The notes beneath the pieces were generated by a model. That model was given only the letters and a program-made list of their open reading frames with translations, did not search any database and was not told the DNA's origin. From Malacoraja senta (taxonomy: Eukaryota): a stretch of DNA of 64,000 nucleotides. Location: NCBI GenBank assembly GCA_038087875.1, contig CM075989.1:10790001-10854000 (forward strand). The letters are read 5' to 3'. Made by a program: the position numbers and the translations under genes. Below are positions 36,074-49,775 of the stretch, piece by piece (positions within the stretch are counted from its first letter, which is position 1; every line of letters starts with the position of its first letter).

Positions 36074-37059
36074 TACTGAGTATGTCTAACATTTTCTGCT
36101 CTTGTCCGCCATCATGTAAGATGGTCATTAGTGGACCCTTCACAAATTGAGGGGAAGCACCTATGGCCAGTAGAGTTTGCACTCATGACCCCCTTTCATT
36201 CTCAGCGGCAGAGGTCCACCTACGAAGTGAAGTAGACCTAGGGAGGAAAAGTCTCATATTTTAATGAGAATGCTGTTGTTCTGGTTAGATAGCACTAAGG
36301 TGATGCAAGAACCTGCAGTCCGATTCTCAGCAACCATGTTCTGGTTTTGAACAAGTCCCCTCGTGTGTTAACTCGATGGTGTGGATGTCTGGAGCAGTTG
36401 TGCATGCACAGGGCAGTGTCTGTGTGTTAGAGGGCAATTGTCACACAGCACGTGGGATGGTGCTGAGTGTAAGTCTCCACTTGTTGCTGACTAATGGGAA
36501 GGCAGCCCGAGGCCGGGTTGCCTGTCAGTAACGCTCAACAGAGTATATTTTATAAACCACAAGGATTGCTTCCTCCCTTGTCAGCTTCGTCATCCAGAGA
36601 GCTGATCCGGTTCTTAATGTTTTTGCCTTTACAAGACCACAGAAAGGTTACAGAAGGGAAGAAGGCTCTTCAGCTGTCAGCTCCATGAACGAGTAATGCA
36701 ACTGGTCCCACTACTCCACCCTCTTCCCGCAGCCGTGCACATTCAGCTCCGAATACAGATCCCCTTCGAACACTGAGGGGCGACCTGATAGAAGTATATC
36801 AGACACAGTATGTGACTCCGTGAATCTTTATCCCATGTTAGGGGTATCATAAAACAGGTGGGCAAAAGGTTTAAGATGAGAGAAAGGATTTTAAAGATAT
36901 GAGGGGTTCTCTCTTTGCAGTTGATATCTGGAACGCACAGCCAGGGGATGTGGTTGATCCTTCCCCGCCTTAAACCTATGTCCTCTGGAAAGACGTGTGG
37001 CTTGGAGGGTTGATTGGCCATGTGTACGTGGGGTAGAATGTGAGGCCAGTTGATGGGAA

Positions 37060-37307
37060 TGTGGGGGGGGGGGGGTGGGGAAGAGAACAAAGGAGGACCT
37101 GTCGTGGGGGAATCACCGTGGGGAGGGGGGGGTGGGGTGGGGGGGGGGTGGGGAAGAGAACAAAGGAGGACCCGCCCTGGGAGACGTTGTAACGTTCTCG
37201 GCGCCCTTTATGTGGTGACTCTTTGCATACCCTGGGAATGCAAAACAAAGAATTTCACTGTGACTCATCATTTGTGACGATAAGGTATTCATTCATTCAT
37301 TCATTCA
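37060..37307 (+). mobile_element. Rex1-type 3' end with internal repeat and (ATTC)n tail
   Basis: AAGAGAACAAAGGAGGACC twice; AAAGAATTTCACTGTG...GTGACGATAAGG; (ATTC)n. Confidence 0.55.
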
Positions 37308-38564
37308 GAATAGGTTATGAGAAAATTGAATGGGTAATGGGATTACTAGGTGAGCGGGCAGAGAGTCGATGGGCCGAACTGGCTCCTTCTCTGTCAGAAT
37401 AAGATCTATGTGATCTATGTGATCATGGACCAACAGCCATCTGGCCAGACACAAAATGCCGAAGTAACTCAGCGGGACAGGCAGCATCCCTGGATAGGAA
37501 TGGGTGACGTTTCGGTCGAGACCCAGTTCCTTCCTACACAGATGGGGTTACACTTTGCTTCCAGCCCTGAGCCCAGGGCAGAGTGTGGGATGTCATTTGA
37601 CAAGGTGGTTTTGGTTCAGACATTAAATGATTCATGATAATCAGCTGTGTCAAAGGCATGACGCAACTTTTCAAAATGATTTGCGTCACTGGTGTGAATG
37701 TAAAACTAATTATATGAGGCTTATCTGAACACTGTCCCTCCCACTCACTGATCGCACCCTTTCAGCATTTTACCCAACACCTCCTGTGCGTAGGAACTTC
37801 AAACGCCTGAAGCAAATGACTGTCAAATGTAAATCAGAATCTGCTGAGGTTGACAATCTGGAATAAAAACAGAAGATGCTGGAAATACTCACCCAGTCAG
37901 ATCGGACCTGTGGGAAGAGAAACAGTCGGACTGCTCTGACAAAGGGTCTGAGATGTTGACTCTGCAGTGATGCTGCCTGACCTGCTGAATTTTTCCAGCA
38001 TTTTCTGTTTCTATGGAAGATAAATGCTGGTTGACTTGGCAGAAGCAGCGAGCAGTTTGCCCCACTTTCTGTCCCACTCTCCAACCAATCTGCTCCGCTG
38101 CCTTCCCCACTCTCTCCCCTGGCACTCTCTTCCTCCAGCTCCACTCACTCTCTCCCTGACACTCCCCCCCCCCTTCTCTGCACCCCCCCCCCTCCCGTTC
38201 CCACTTTCTCTCTCCGTCCCCACACTTTCTCCATTTCTTTGTCCCCTGTCTCCACTTCTCTGCCCCCCAGAGTCCCCCCCGGGTAGAATGGGTAGTAGGC
38301 AGGCAGTGGTGTACGGTAGTGGGGCAGTAGCGGGTAGAGTCCCCCCTTTATCCACTTCACATTCACACTCTCGCTATCTTTTCCTGTTTGCCTGAACTTT
38401 TCTCCATGTCTCCCTGTCTGACTCTTTCTCGTTCTGTTGGTCCCTTTTCCCCACTCACTGTTTCTCCATCTCTATAACTCTATCTTAATCTGTACATCTT
38501 TCATCCGCGGGCAGGAAGCCCCTTGGAGACAGGCCCAGCCCGACTTCCCCAGCCCGCTCACCCC

Positions 38565-38608
38565 TCACACACACCCCACACACACACACCCCACACACAC
38601 ATCCCCCC

Positions 38609-38647
<39 letters not shown>

Positions 38648-38800
38648 CCCACACACCCCACACACCCCACACACACACACCCCCCACACACACACCCCAC
38701 ACACACACACCCCACACACACACACCCCACACACACCCCACACACCCCACACACACACACCCCACACACACACACACACACTCCCCACACACACACACAC

Positions 38801-38833
<33 letters not shown>

Positions 38834-38850
38834 CACACACACATCTCCCC

Positions 38851-38883
<33 letters not shown>

Positions 38884-38910
38884 CACACACCCCACACACA
38901 CACACCCCCC

Positions 38911-38971
<61 letters not shown>

Positions 38972-38984
38972 ACACCCACACCCA

Positions 38985-39029
<45 letters not shown>

Positions 39030-39046
39030 CACACACACACACCCCA
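38565..39046. repeat. Degenerate (CA)n microsatellite with CCC interruptions
   Basis: Directly visible; ~480 bp. Confidence 0.97.
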
Positions 39047-39246
39047 NNNNNNNNNNNNNNNNNNNNNNNNNNNNNNNNNNNNNNNNNNNNNNNNNNNNNN
39101 NNNNNNNNNNNNNNNNNNNNNNNNNNNNNNNNNNNNNNNNNNNNNNNNNNNNNNNNNNNNNNNNNNNNNNNNNNNNNNNNNNNNNNNNNNNNNNNNNNNN
39201 NNNNNNNNNNNNNNNNNNNNNNNNNNNNNNNNNNNNNNNNNNNNNN
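39047..39246. other. Assembly gap (200 N)
   Basis: Run of N; round length indicates a scaffolding placeholder. Confidence 0.99.
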
Positions 39247-40094
39247 TTGAGCCAACCCGACATCAGCTTGCTCGCTATCAACAAGACCAGTCTCTTACTC
39301 GGACTCCTCTGGGAGAATTCCAGGAGAGGCAGAGGAGCATGCAATTCACCGGGCACTTACAGTGAGTGAGCAGGTCAAGAGTTGGTGGACTCGACTGGAA
39401 ACCAAACTAAGTTGACCTCCACCTCCTCCATCCTCTGTCAATAGGGAGGATACCCCGAGATAAACTTGCATGTCCCCTCCGAGTTACCCAGAGAGGGGCA
39501 TCTAGGGACAGCCAATTAATGCTGCCAGATTTCCACCTCAGAACAGAGGGGTGTTGGCCTGGCCTGGTTGCTACTTAGAGGCTTGGACTATTGTTCTGTC
39601 GGAGCAGTATTTGGGAGGTGGTGTCACTGGTTGGTGTGTTTGACCATTAACTGGGATTGTCGGCACCTTGTCATGTGGGCTGCGGTGTCCTGGGACAGAG
39701 GTCAACTGAGCCGGACTGGGTTGTCAGCAACTGGCCCCAGGGCGTCAAGGGGGGGGGTCTTTGATGAACAAAACTAGACCAAGACCGCCCCGGGCAGACA
39801 TTGATATTGGTGCGTCAGACACTTGTGTGAGCACCTACTTGGGTCTTTTTCCACCCAGAGGAAATGGTGGTTGCAGGTTCCCTCTCATTATCTAGCTGAG
39901 CATCTGACTTGCCAAGGCATAGGAAACAATGGACTAAGTGGCGGTCAATGGTAATTCATGGTCGGAATGGACAAGGTGGGTCTGTTCTATATGACTGTTT
40001 GGGCCCATTAGTTCAGCAGATGATTGTTGGGTGTACTGGTGGGACAAGTCCACAGAGACCTCAGCCCAATTTCCCAATGTTTAATTTTGCTTAG

Positions 40095-40525
40095 TTTTGT
40101 TTATTATTGCCCCGTGTACTGAGTTACAATGAAAAGCTTTTCTGTTGCGTGCTATCCAGTCAGCGGAAAGACTATACGTGATTAGAATCAACCTGTCCAC
40201 AGTGTTCAGATACAGGATAAAGGGAATAACATTTAGTACAACATAAAGTACAGTAAAGTCAGATTAAAGATGGTCTGGGGTCCCCAATGAGGCAGATAGT
40301 AGGTCAGGACTGCTCTCTAGTTGGGTCAAGGATGGTTCAGTTGGGTCAAGGATGGTTCAGTTGCCTGATAACAGCTGGGAAGAACCTGTCCCTGAGGTGT
40401 GCATTTTCACACTTCTGAACCTCTTGCCTGATGAGAGAGCAGAGAAGAGGGGGTGACTGGGGTGAGAGTGGTCCTTGATTATGTTGGTGGCCCTGTCGAG
40501 GCAGCGCAAATGTTGGATGGGGTCA
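40095..40525 (-). mobile_element. Rex1/Babar 3' fragment with internal 20-bp tandem duplication
   Basis: GAACCTCTTGCCTGATG...GGGGTGACTGGG (reverse of PSHP...LPSG); AGTTGGGTCAAGGATGGTTC x2 at 40319-40358. Confidence 0.7.
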
Positions 40526-41706
40526 ATGAACACCATTCCACCCAGAAATGATCACTGGGCTTGAATCGATTATTGCGGAGCTTGTAAAACAAGTGCCCAT
40601 CCAGTTGAGGGTGGACCAGTGCAGGAGTGCTGGGACAGGAACCACATCCTCAAGCAACCCATACAATGGACAGTGCCTGTGCTGCCTGAACTTGCATGAC
40701 CTTCCCTTACATTGTCTTCCTTCCCCCCCCCCCCCCCACTCCACTCCCAGATGGGAGCTCCCATTGAAACCCAGCTGTCCGCAGCATTAAGGCTGTTGAT
40801 TGCACAAATACCAGGCACCTGACCAAACGTCCCTGGCTTGTAGGTGAATAATGACCCAATTAGCAAACATTTCGATAAAACCCTTAAATCTAACATGCAG
40901 GACAGCATCCTCCACAGGACTTCACTGAAACTCCAATTGAATGCAACTGTTTATAACAAGGTCACATTTGTCACCATAATTACTGATGTCATCTTCTCGC
41001 CCTCTGAGGATCTGCAGAAAGAGTCCAGTGCACTCGTGGGCTGGGTGTACAGTACAGGAAACATTGAGGTAATGAGTAAAATATTTCACTTCCTGCTCAT
41101 TAAGACATCTTGTCAAGCCATCAAGCATTTCATTTTATTTCATGAAATCTCATTCCCTTTGATTAATTTTGCTTCCCCTAATTGGAACATTGCACCATTT
41201 TATTATTGAGAATCTCTGAACATCCCCCCCCAATTATCTGATAGTTTTCCTTTTGAAAGTTGCCAGGGGCCGAGATATGTCCACAGAGTTAGTTCCATCG
41301 CTAACAGCTCCATTCCTTTGAGCGCTGGGTCAGCTTGTGCTTGGACTTTGCAGGTGTAGTGGTCTCTGTCACTGGACTCGAGTCTAGTGAAGGCTCATGA
41401 ACACGGGTATCAGCTGAGACAATGCACTCCACCCCGAAAATACACCAATGACCAAGGCAGAGGAAAATCCCCAGGGAAGGAGGCACCAAAGTGGCTTCTT
41501 GCTCAAGAGCATTTAATTGTCATATGTACCGACAGCAGAACAATGAATCTTACTCGCAGCAGCACATAACCGGCCTGTAAACATGATACACAGATAATAT
41601 ACATATACAACAATTCAAATAATTAATATTCACAGTACTAGTGCAAAACAAAACAAAGTCCTTAGTGCAATCAAAGACAGTCGTAGAAGTTGCAGTTGAG
41701 GTTGGT

Positions 41707-42105
41707 CATCATCATCATTGGCGGTCACTCAAAACGAGTATGACTGTCCTCTCCTCTCCATAAGGTCGTCTACTCGTGGGTCTGCAGATGTCTGTAGAGG
41801 CCGATCCGGGATCCACACACCTTGGTGCAACGTGGGCAGCGGAGACTGGCGGTGGTTGGTAGTTGTCGAGCCTCCTTCTCTCTCTCCTTACGGTGTTGTC
41901 GCTTTGTCTCTGCGACACGGCGTAGTTCCAGTTCGTGACGTGCAGCTCCTTCCCGCACGGATTTCCTCCAGGATCGCCTGTCCAGTGCAATGTGCTCCCA
42001 GTTGCTTGATGTGAAATTTCTTCAGACTGTTCTTGATGTTATCCTTGAAGCGTTTCTTTGGCCTGCCGGGGGCTCGCCAACCTTCCTTCAATTGAGAGTA
42101 TTGAG
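41707..42105 (-). mobile_element. RTE-clade LINE 3' fragment
   Basis: YSQLKEGWRAPGRPKKRFKDNIKNSLKK and CPRCTKVCGSRIGLYRHLQTH zinc finger; (CAT)n tail at 41707-41718. Confidence 0.88.
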
Positions 42106-42129
42106 TACTGTTCAAGAGCCTAATGGTTT

Positions 42130-42431
42130 ATTTTAGTTTAGCTTAGAGATACAGCACAGAAACAGGCCTGTCGGCCCATGGAGTCCACGCCAAACAGCAT
42201 CCCCATGCATGAGCACTGTACCTACACATTAGGGACATTTACAATTTTTACCAAAGCCAATTAACCTACAAACCTGAAAGTCTTTGGAGTGTGGGAGGAA
42301 TCCGGAACACCCAGAGAAAACCCAGGTGGTCACGGGGAGAACATACAGACACCGTACAGACAGCACTCGTAGTCAGAATCAAAGCCAGGTCTTTGGCCCT
42401 GGAAGGCAGCAACTCTACCGCTGCGCCACCC
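42130..42431 (-). mobile_element. HE1-type V-SINE, full length
   Basis: Reverse-complement consensus. Confidence 0.88.
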
Positions 42432-44837
42432 TCAGTTGTTGGCAAGAAGCTATTCTTGAACCTGCTGGTCAACGTTCTCAGGCTCAGGTACCTTCTTCCT
42501 GACGGTAGGGGTGAAATGAGAGCGTGGCCAGGGAGGTGTGAGCACTGAGGCAGCCCCTTCTCCACATCCCTTCAATGGCGAGGAGATCAGCAGCTGCGAT
42601 GGAATTAGCTTGGGGTTTAATGGTCAGCTTCCCTTTCTGGTCCAGAACCAGCTGCGACCTCACTGAGTGGTGCAACAGGTTGAAAGGCCTCCCCTCCATC
42701 CACGTCACTAAAAGTCTATTAAAATACATGCACTGACAATGTTGTGGCTGTGTCCTGGTTCTTTGTCAGTGAATTCCCGTTGCAAATCTCTTCCTCTCCC
42801 TTCAGGGAGCACAACCCGAAACATGATATTGTGTCTATAATACATCTCCACCTCCTCTCTAAAGCTGCCGAGTCCTTAGCTTGTTACCAGCATTACAAAC
42901 ATCGGATGTCACGTCACATTAGCAGCTTCCACCCTGACAACTCGGAGAGAAATGTCAGCGTGTCTCAGCACCTTTGGATGTACCGGCAGAGACGCCGTCT
43001 GTTGCTGTTCATCAAATACCATCGCCTCCTGCAGCCCGCCCTGCTGCTTTCAAGCTGGTAAATAATGTATCAAAGCCAGTGTAGCCTTCAACACTCACTT
43101 GTCAGCCCGCCCCCAGGAGGGCCAGGTTGAGATGCCGAATTAAAATAGACATCTCCTCACACCATTGGAGAAGGAGAAATCTTTCAGAAGCAAACCCAAA
43201 CTCGTCGCAATTCACTGACAGGAAAAACACTTGCAAAAAGGGGGGGTAAAAAACAGATTTAACTGCTTTGGGCAACAAAATAATTTACAGCAGGAATTGA
43301 ATATTTGCTCGTGTTCTCTCTCTCTCTTTTCTCAGGAAATTGCAAAGGGAAATGTAAATTTTTTTTCCCATGCAGGCAGGGTGAATTAGAGGCACAAGAT
43401 GGAGCCCACACCAAGAGATTGCTGCTTCCAACAACTGCTGCTCCCCTGTACAAGGTGAATTTTCCAATGCCCCAAGATCATGGGATAAATAACCACCTGG
43501 GATTGAGGTGACCACTCAAGCAGATAAGGTTTGAAAGATCAGGGAACTGAGAGTTAGGGCACAGAAGATGAGGCGAGGCCTAGGGTAGGTCACCCATGAC
43601 CGTATTAACTGTCAGGACAGGTTTGAGGGGCCGAGTGGCCTACTCCCGACGGTCAGTGGCTCCGCAGAAGGAAGGAAGAGTCTACAGGTTGTTCGATTCA
43701 GCAATCATACACTTGCACTATCCTACACAATCAGGACAATTTACACATTTTTAATCAAAGCCAATTAATCTACAAACCTGTACGTCTTTAGAGGGTGGGA
43801 GGAAACCGGAGCACAGAGAGAACATAGAAACTCCGTACAGACAGCATTTGTAGTCAGGATCAAACCCTGGTGTAAGGGAGGCTTTATTTTATTATTTTTT
43901 TATTTTTTAATATAAAGAGTTACCTAAAATTGGGGAATTCAACGTTCATAGTGTTGTGTTGTTTTGGAACATTTCAAAATGTTGTGACCACAGTGGGCTG
44001 CAAGATTCCTGTGGCTTTTTTCCTGGAAACAATGCTGATTGAAGAGTTGGAGAAATTAGTTTAACTGCGCTCTGTGTCAGAGCCGAAACAATGTGCTCTC
44101 TGTCCAAAAGCAGCAACTCGGGCAATGCCAGATTCCTCAGAACTGTCACGGCCCCAAGTTTCAATAGAATGAAGATGGTGGGTTTACGAGCCATTCCTTT
44201 AGATCTCTGGAACACACAAGGTAAACACAAGGTTTCACTGCCCACTGTTTTGGGGCCAGATTCATTTCTCGTCGATTGTAACCACACTATGCCAATTCAG
44301 ACCCCTCTCGCCTTTCACAAGCTCAGTTACAGTACCTTGGCAAAGCAGCCTTAACCCTGATGCATGCCAGCTGCTTCAACTCAAAGAGACTGGAGATCTA
44401 AAGGGACTCATTTTGTGTTTGGAGAGTGGTGCAGGAATTATCGGGCCCCATTTACAATTCCATCGTCCCTCAGGCAGCGTCTCCCCACCAACTCCTTGGA
44501 TCCCTTGAACCTTTACCATTGGGGCAGAGCGTGGGGGAAACGCCTGAAGCCAGGGTCACAGTCCACCCTTCCTCCCTCCACCCTTATCTAGCTCAGATGT
44601 GGGGTCAGTTTGCACTCTAAAAATCACCACCACGTCCGCGCACCACGCCCCAAGGGAATATATGGGGAAAGGATGGGCGTGGACTAACTAATTAGACAAT
44701 TCTTCCAAAGGGATAAAGGCTGACAGGCCTTGTTCTCTGACACCATGTAAATGAATATTGACCTAGCAAAGAGTGCTTGAGGTAAGAGCTAAACAGTTAA
44801 CACAACACCTGTTACTGACAATGGTTTGAAGACAATC

Positions 44838-45090
44838 GATCCCAACTACGGGTGCTGTCTGTACGGAGTTTGCACGTTCTTCCAGTGACCGCGTGCTTTT
44901 TTTTCCCCAGGTGCTCCGGTTTCCTCCCACACTCCAAAGACGTACAGGTTCGTAGGTTAATTGGCTTCAGTAAAAATGGTAAATTATCGCTAGTGTGTAG
45001 TATAGTGTACAGCTATCGCTGGTCGGCACGGACTCAGTAGGCCGAAGCGCCTGTTTCCGTACTGTATCTCTAAACTAAACTAAACCAAAC
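44838..45090 (+). mobile_element. HE1-type V-SINE, 5'-truncated
   Basis: V-domain and (TAAAC)n tail. Confidence 0.88.
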
Positions 45091-45589
45091 CATGATATTC
45101 AGATAGAATGGTGATATAAAGTGGATTCGTTTGTGTAACTTCATAAATAACCATTCAAAGACAATTTTGTGAAACATGCAAAGACTCTCGAGATTTAAAT
45201 GAGTTCAAATTGACTCTTGGCTGCACTAAGTCAATTAATAAGTGCTTAAGAAATTCTTTGGCACTAATTAACTCCAAGACCTACAAACGATTTCACAGAG
45301 GCACTCAAGAGCACTTGCGATTCATTGTGAATGATTCAAGGCCATTAGGACTACTGAACTACTATATCCTGCGGTGAAGGCCCCAGATTCATACAACGGC
45401 CTTTCCGCGCTAATGACATCCAATATCAGGTTGGCAGCCACCAGGCATTCCAGCCAAATAATACCTGCACTTCTCTACCGCCTGTTACAATCGTAGGACA
45501 TCTCACAGTGCAGCGCAGCAGGTGAAGCACGTTTGAAGGGTGCAGTCACTGACGCAACGCAGAAAATTCTTTATGCCAATTCACTCACA

Positions 45590-45895
45590 GGATGACACAG
45601 TGGTGCAGCAGTAGAGTTGCTGCCTTACAGCGTCAGAGACCCAGGTTCGATCCTGACGGCGGTGCTGTCTGTATGGAGTTTGCACGTTCTCCCCATGACC
45701 ACGCAAGTTTTCTCTGGGTGTTCCTTTTGCTTTCCGCACTCCAAAGACGTGCAGGTTTGTAATTGGCTTTGGGAAAATTGTAAATTGTCCCTAGTGGGTA
45801 GGGTAGTGTTGGGATGTGCTGGGTGATCGCTGGTCAGTACAGACTCGGTGGGCCGAAGAGCCTGTTACCGTACTATATATTTCTAACGTCTAAAT
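45590..45895 (+). mobile_element. HE1-type V-SINE, full length
   Basis: GTGGTGCAGCAGTAGAG A-box, GGTTCGATCC B-box. Confidence 0.88.
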
Positions 45896-46164
45896 TCCAA
45901 AGACAGCACAGATTATCAGGATCAAACCTGGATCTCTTTAGAGTCGAGAAGGATGAGAGGTGATGTCATTAAAGTATACACAGTTCCTGCAAGGCTTGGT
46001 AGAGTGGATGCAGGGATGGTGAGTATCTTGGCAGGATAGACCACATCCAGGGCTCAGAGTCCCCCAAAACCAAAGGAACCGGACATTTAGGATATTTTAC
46101 TCTTCTAATAACTATTCACAGACAATGGTTACTGGAGACAAGAAGAAATGTCTTCACAAAGAGG

Positions 46165-46932
46165 TGATGCCATCAGCAATGGCAGCCTCGCCAACGGTCT
46201 GTCTGTCTTTTCGTCTTTGTTATTTTTAGTGTGTTTTAAAAAGTTTGTGTTAATGTTCGCTGGTTTGTTTTATGTGGGGGGTGGGGGTGGGGGAGGGGGG
46301 TCGTGGGAAAACATTTTTTTCCCGAATCTCTTACCTTGCCGGAGATGCGATTGGTTTCCGGATCGTATCTCCGGTTGCTCTGCAGCCTAACATCATGGGG
46401 CTGGCGGCCTTGCTCGAGACTGACTTTGAACCCCACCGCGAGGCCGTGGACTTTCCATTGGAGCCTGTGATCCCTTGCCTGGGATCGACGCTCCAACTGC
46501 GCCCTGCAGATTTCAACATCGTGGAACTCGCAGTCTTGGGTAGAGACTGATGTCGGGAAGCTCCAAAGTCGCAGGAGGTTCGACCAGCCACAACCCGCCC
46601 AGCGCGCGGGAGCCGAGACACCCCCCCCCCCAATGCGCGAGCTTGATCGCCCCAACGCAGAGGGCCCGACCGCCCAGCGCTACCGGAGCCAAGATCGTCC
46701 CGTCAACGGAAGGCTCGAGGCCCCCGACCGCGGGGGAACAAAGAAGGGAAGAAGATTGAATGTTTTTTTCGCCTTCCATCAGTAAGGAATGTGGAGGAGT
46801 CACTGTGGTGGATGTTTATATTAAAATGTATTTTGTGTGTTTTGTTGCTTTTTAATGGTACGACTCTATGCAAATCAAATTCCTCGTACGTTGCAAAACA
46901 TACTTGGCTAATAAAGTATGATTATGATTATG
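46165..46932 (+). mobile_element. Non-autonomous element with Rex1-type 3' end, inserted in a CR1 fragment
   Basis: CpG-rich non-coding body; 3' end CATACTTGGCTAATAA shared with the Rex1 copy at ~32429; (ATTATG)n tail. Confidence 0.7.
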
Positions 46933-47183
46933 AAATCCTTGATACTTTCTCCTCAAGAGGGGGGGATATATATTGAAGTCTGAGACAGACACTTTTGGAT
47001 ACAAATGAAATGAAGAGGTAAAGGGGTTAGTGCAGAATAGTGGTTGTTAGAAGATTGGCTGTGGTCTTGCCTTATGATGGATCAGGTAGGAGGGACTGAT
47101 GACCTTCCTCCCACAACCATTTTCTTTCAATCGTACGTTTCAGACATACAGACGCACTCTCGGGGGGATAAATGCCCACAACT

Positions 47184-47500
47184 TTTAGTTTAGTTTAGAG
47201 ATACAGCATGGAAACAGGCCCTTCGGCACACAAGGTCCCCGACGACCAGCGATCCCACACATTAACACTATCCTACACGCACTAGGGACACTTTTTACGT
47301 TTACCAAGCCAATTAACGTACAAACCTGTACGTCTTTGGAGTGTGGGAGGAAACCGAAGATCTCGGCGAAATCCCACGCAGGTCACGGGGAGAAGGTACA
47401 AACGCCATACAGACAGCACCCGTAGTCAGGATCGAACCGGGGTCTCCGGCGCTGCATTTGCTGTAAGGCAGCAACTCTACCGCTGCGGCACCATGACCGC
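47184..47500 (-). mobile_element. HE1-type V-SINE, full length (young subfamily with ~10-nt head insertion)
   Basis: GGCGCTGCATTTGCTGTAAGG insertion also present in the 58331 copy. Confidence 0.9.
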
Positions 47501-49259
47501 CATAGAATAGAACTCTTGCAAGAATAGAGAAACATGAAAAACAGAAAAATCCGTTATATTAAAAAAAATTGCATTTAAATTCAAAGACAAATTACACATA
47601 AGGTGCGATCGAAGACCAGCAGATCAAAGCGAGCGAAGAAACTCCAAAGTGGGGATGAAAGAACTCGGATTAAATAGATTCCTGTCCCTTTGCTGGTAGA
47701 TCTTTATACAAGAAAATTAAAAATACTGTTAATACATTAACTTGCCTAATGATGCAAAAAAAAGACTATTCAATGAGATTGCAACTAGGAAGATTCCACT
47801 CAGTCTTCTGCACCTTTCAATACATCAAAGAGCATAGTCGAGGCACCAATAATTAGGAAGAGTAATATGATCAAAAGTAGATGCGATGAATTGCATTTAA
47901 ACAGGCTTAATCACTTCTTATACCTACACGAGTCCAGTTGCAATCACATTTCATTACTTTCAAAGGATTCTCCTTTTTGATATTCACTCACTGCTCTATT
48001 CCCAGCAAGCATCTTTTCTTTTCCCCAAGAATTAATTGCAGAGATTCATCTCGTGTGGGTTTTTTTCCCCCAGAAGAGCAATATATTTCAAAACTGCTCA
48101 CACATTTTGAAAATGTTTGCAGAGTGTATGGTGCTCCCATTCCTCCATTGTGGAAAACGCACTGCAATGAAAGGAGGCAGCGGCAGTAGTGTCATCCCAG
48201 CCAACAATAGATGCACCCTCAGCAGCGACAACACTAATCTAACAACACGGGTCTTGGTAAATCCACCTGCGTCATGCAGAGATGCACAGAGAGGCACGTC
48301 AGCAACTAGAGCAGTGGATTAGACCCCTGGTGAAAAGCAACTGGAGAATTGTCATGTTAATGACACGGCACGCTACCAATTCAGGCCTCCTGATTATCTC
48401 CTATGTTAATTGTTCTGCCATCCTGGCAAAGAAGAGGACATAAAGTGTAAGGCAGATCAGCCATGGTCATTGTGAATGGTGGGGTAGGCTCGAGAGGCCT
48501 GCTCCCATTTCCTTTTGTTCACAGAGCAACTTTAGTGCCTTTAACTATCACAAAAGTGACTCAAACAAAGCCAGTGTCAAACCATTTCAGGAGATATTGG
48601 AGAAGATGGCCGAGTGCATGAGGTGGAATTTAATGAGTTTCATAGAGGAGGAAGGAAGACAAGAGAAGCAGAGAGGGTCATTTAGAACTAATGGACAAAA
48701 TAATTTCACAGAGGGAGAGCATCTCTGGAATTCTCTCCACCAGGGGTTTGCGGAGGCAGGACTACCGGAGCTGTTTAAAGTAGTGGCAAATCTTCAAAAG
48801 ATCAGGGGACTGGCACAGAAGAGAAGCAGAGGCCAAGGAGTAAATCCGCAGTGATTGTATTAAACAGCAGGGCAGGCTCGAGTGGCCTATTCCTGCGGCA
48901 ATTTTCTTGTCTTCTCAGCTAATGCTGCTCGGCCTACTGAGTATTCTCAGCATTTTCCATTTCATGTCGTATTCCCAGCATCTTCAGTTTTTTACATTTC
49001 TTCTTGTCCTTCTACAGAGGCAACAATAAATAAATGCATCAATGTGCTCAGACACAGCTCCCACTGATCGACAGAACCAGAACGTGGAGTCAATGAACTG
49101 TGGGAAATCATTGAGCTCGTCCAAGTTTCAAACTACCAGTTTGAGCTGAAACCCTCGATGATACTGCGAGTTGTGTGTGTGGATACTGGCTCTTTCATTA
49201 GGCCTCTGACGTATAGCTGCTGGACTCAACCACACCAGGAGTGAAGGCAGAATCCAAGA

Positions 49260-49540
49260 GAGGCACAGTGGTTCAGCGGTAGAGTTGCTGCCTTACAGAA
49301 CCCCACACCCGGGTTCTATCCAGACTATGGATGCTGTCTGTATGGAGTTTTACATCCTCCCTGTGGCCATGTGGGTTTTCTCCAGGTGCTCCAGTTTCCT
49401 CTCACACTCCAAAGATGTACAGGATTGTAGGTTAAATGCCTTCTGTAAAATTGTACATTGTCCCGTGCGTAGGATAGTGTGAATGTTAATTGGCATGGAC
49501 TCAGTGGGCCTGTTCCCACACTGTATCTCTAAAGTCTAAA
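49260..49540 (+). mobile_element. HE1-type V-SINE
   Basis: A/B boxes, V-domain, CTCTAAAGTCTAAA tail. Confidence 0.85.
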
Positions 49541-49589
49541 TCTCACTGCTTCTCTCTCTCCTCCTTAACGAAACTTCTCAAATCCCATC

Positions 49590-49775
49590 ACTCTTGATGC
49601 TTTCAAGAGAGAGCTAGATGGGGCTCTTAAAAATAGCAGAGTCAGGTGATATGGGGAGAAGGCAGGACCGGGGTACTGATTGGGGATGATCAGCCATGAT
49701 CACATTGAATGGTGGTGCTGGCTCGAAGGGCCAAATGGCCTACTCCTGCACCTATTGTCTATTGTCTATTGTCTA
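49590..49775 (+). mobile_element. CR1/HER1 3' end
   Basis: GCTCGAAGGGCCAAATGGCCTACTCCTGC, (CTATTGT)n tail. Confidence 0.85.

Noticed and set aside
38437..39369. Long His/Thr/Pro-rich and Val/Cys-rich ORFs (up to 310 aa)
   Set aside because: Translations of the (CA)n tract and N gap; not genes.
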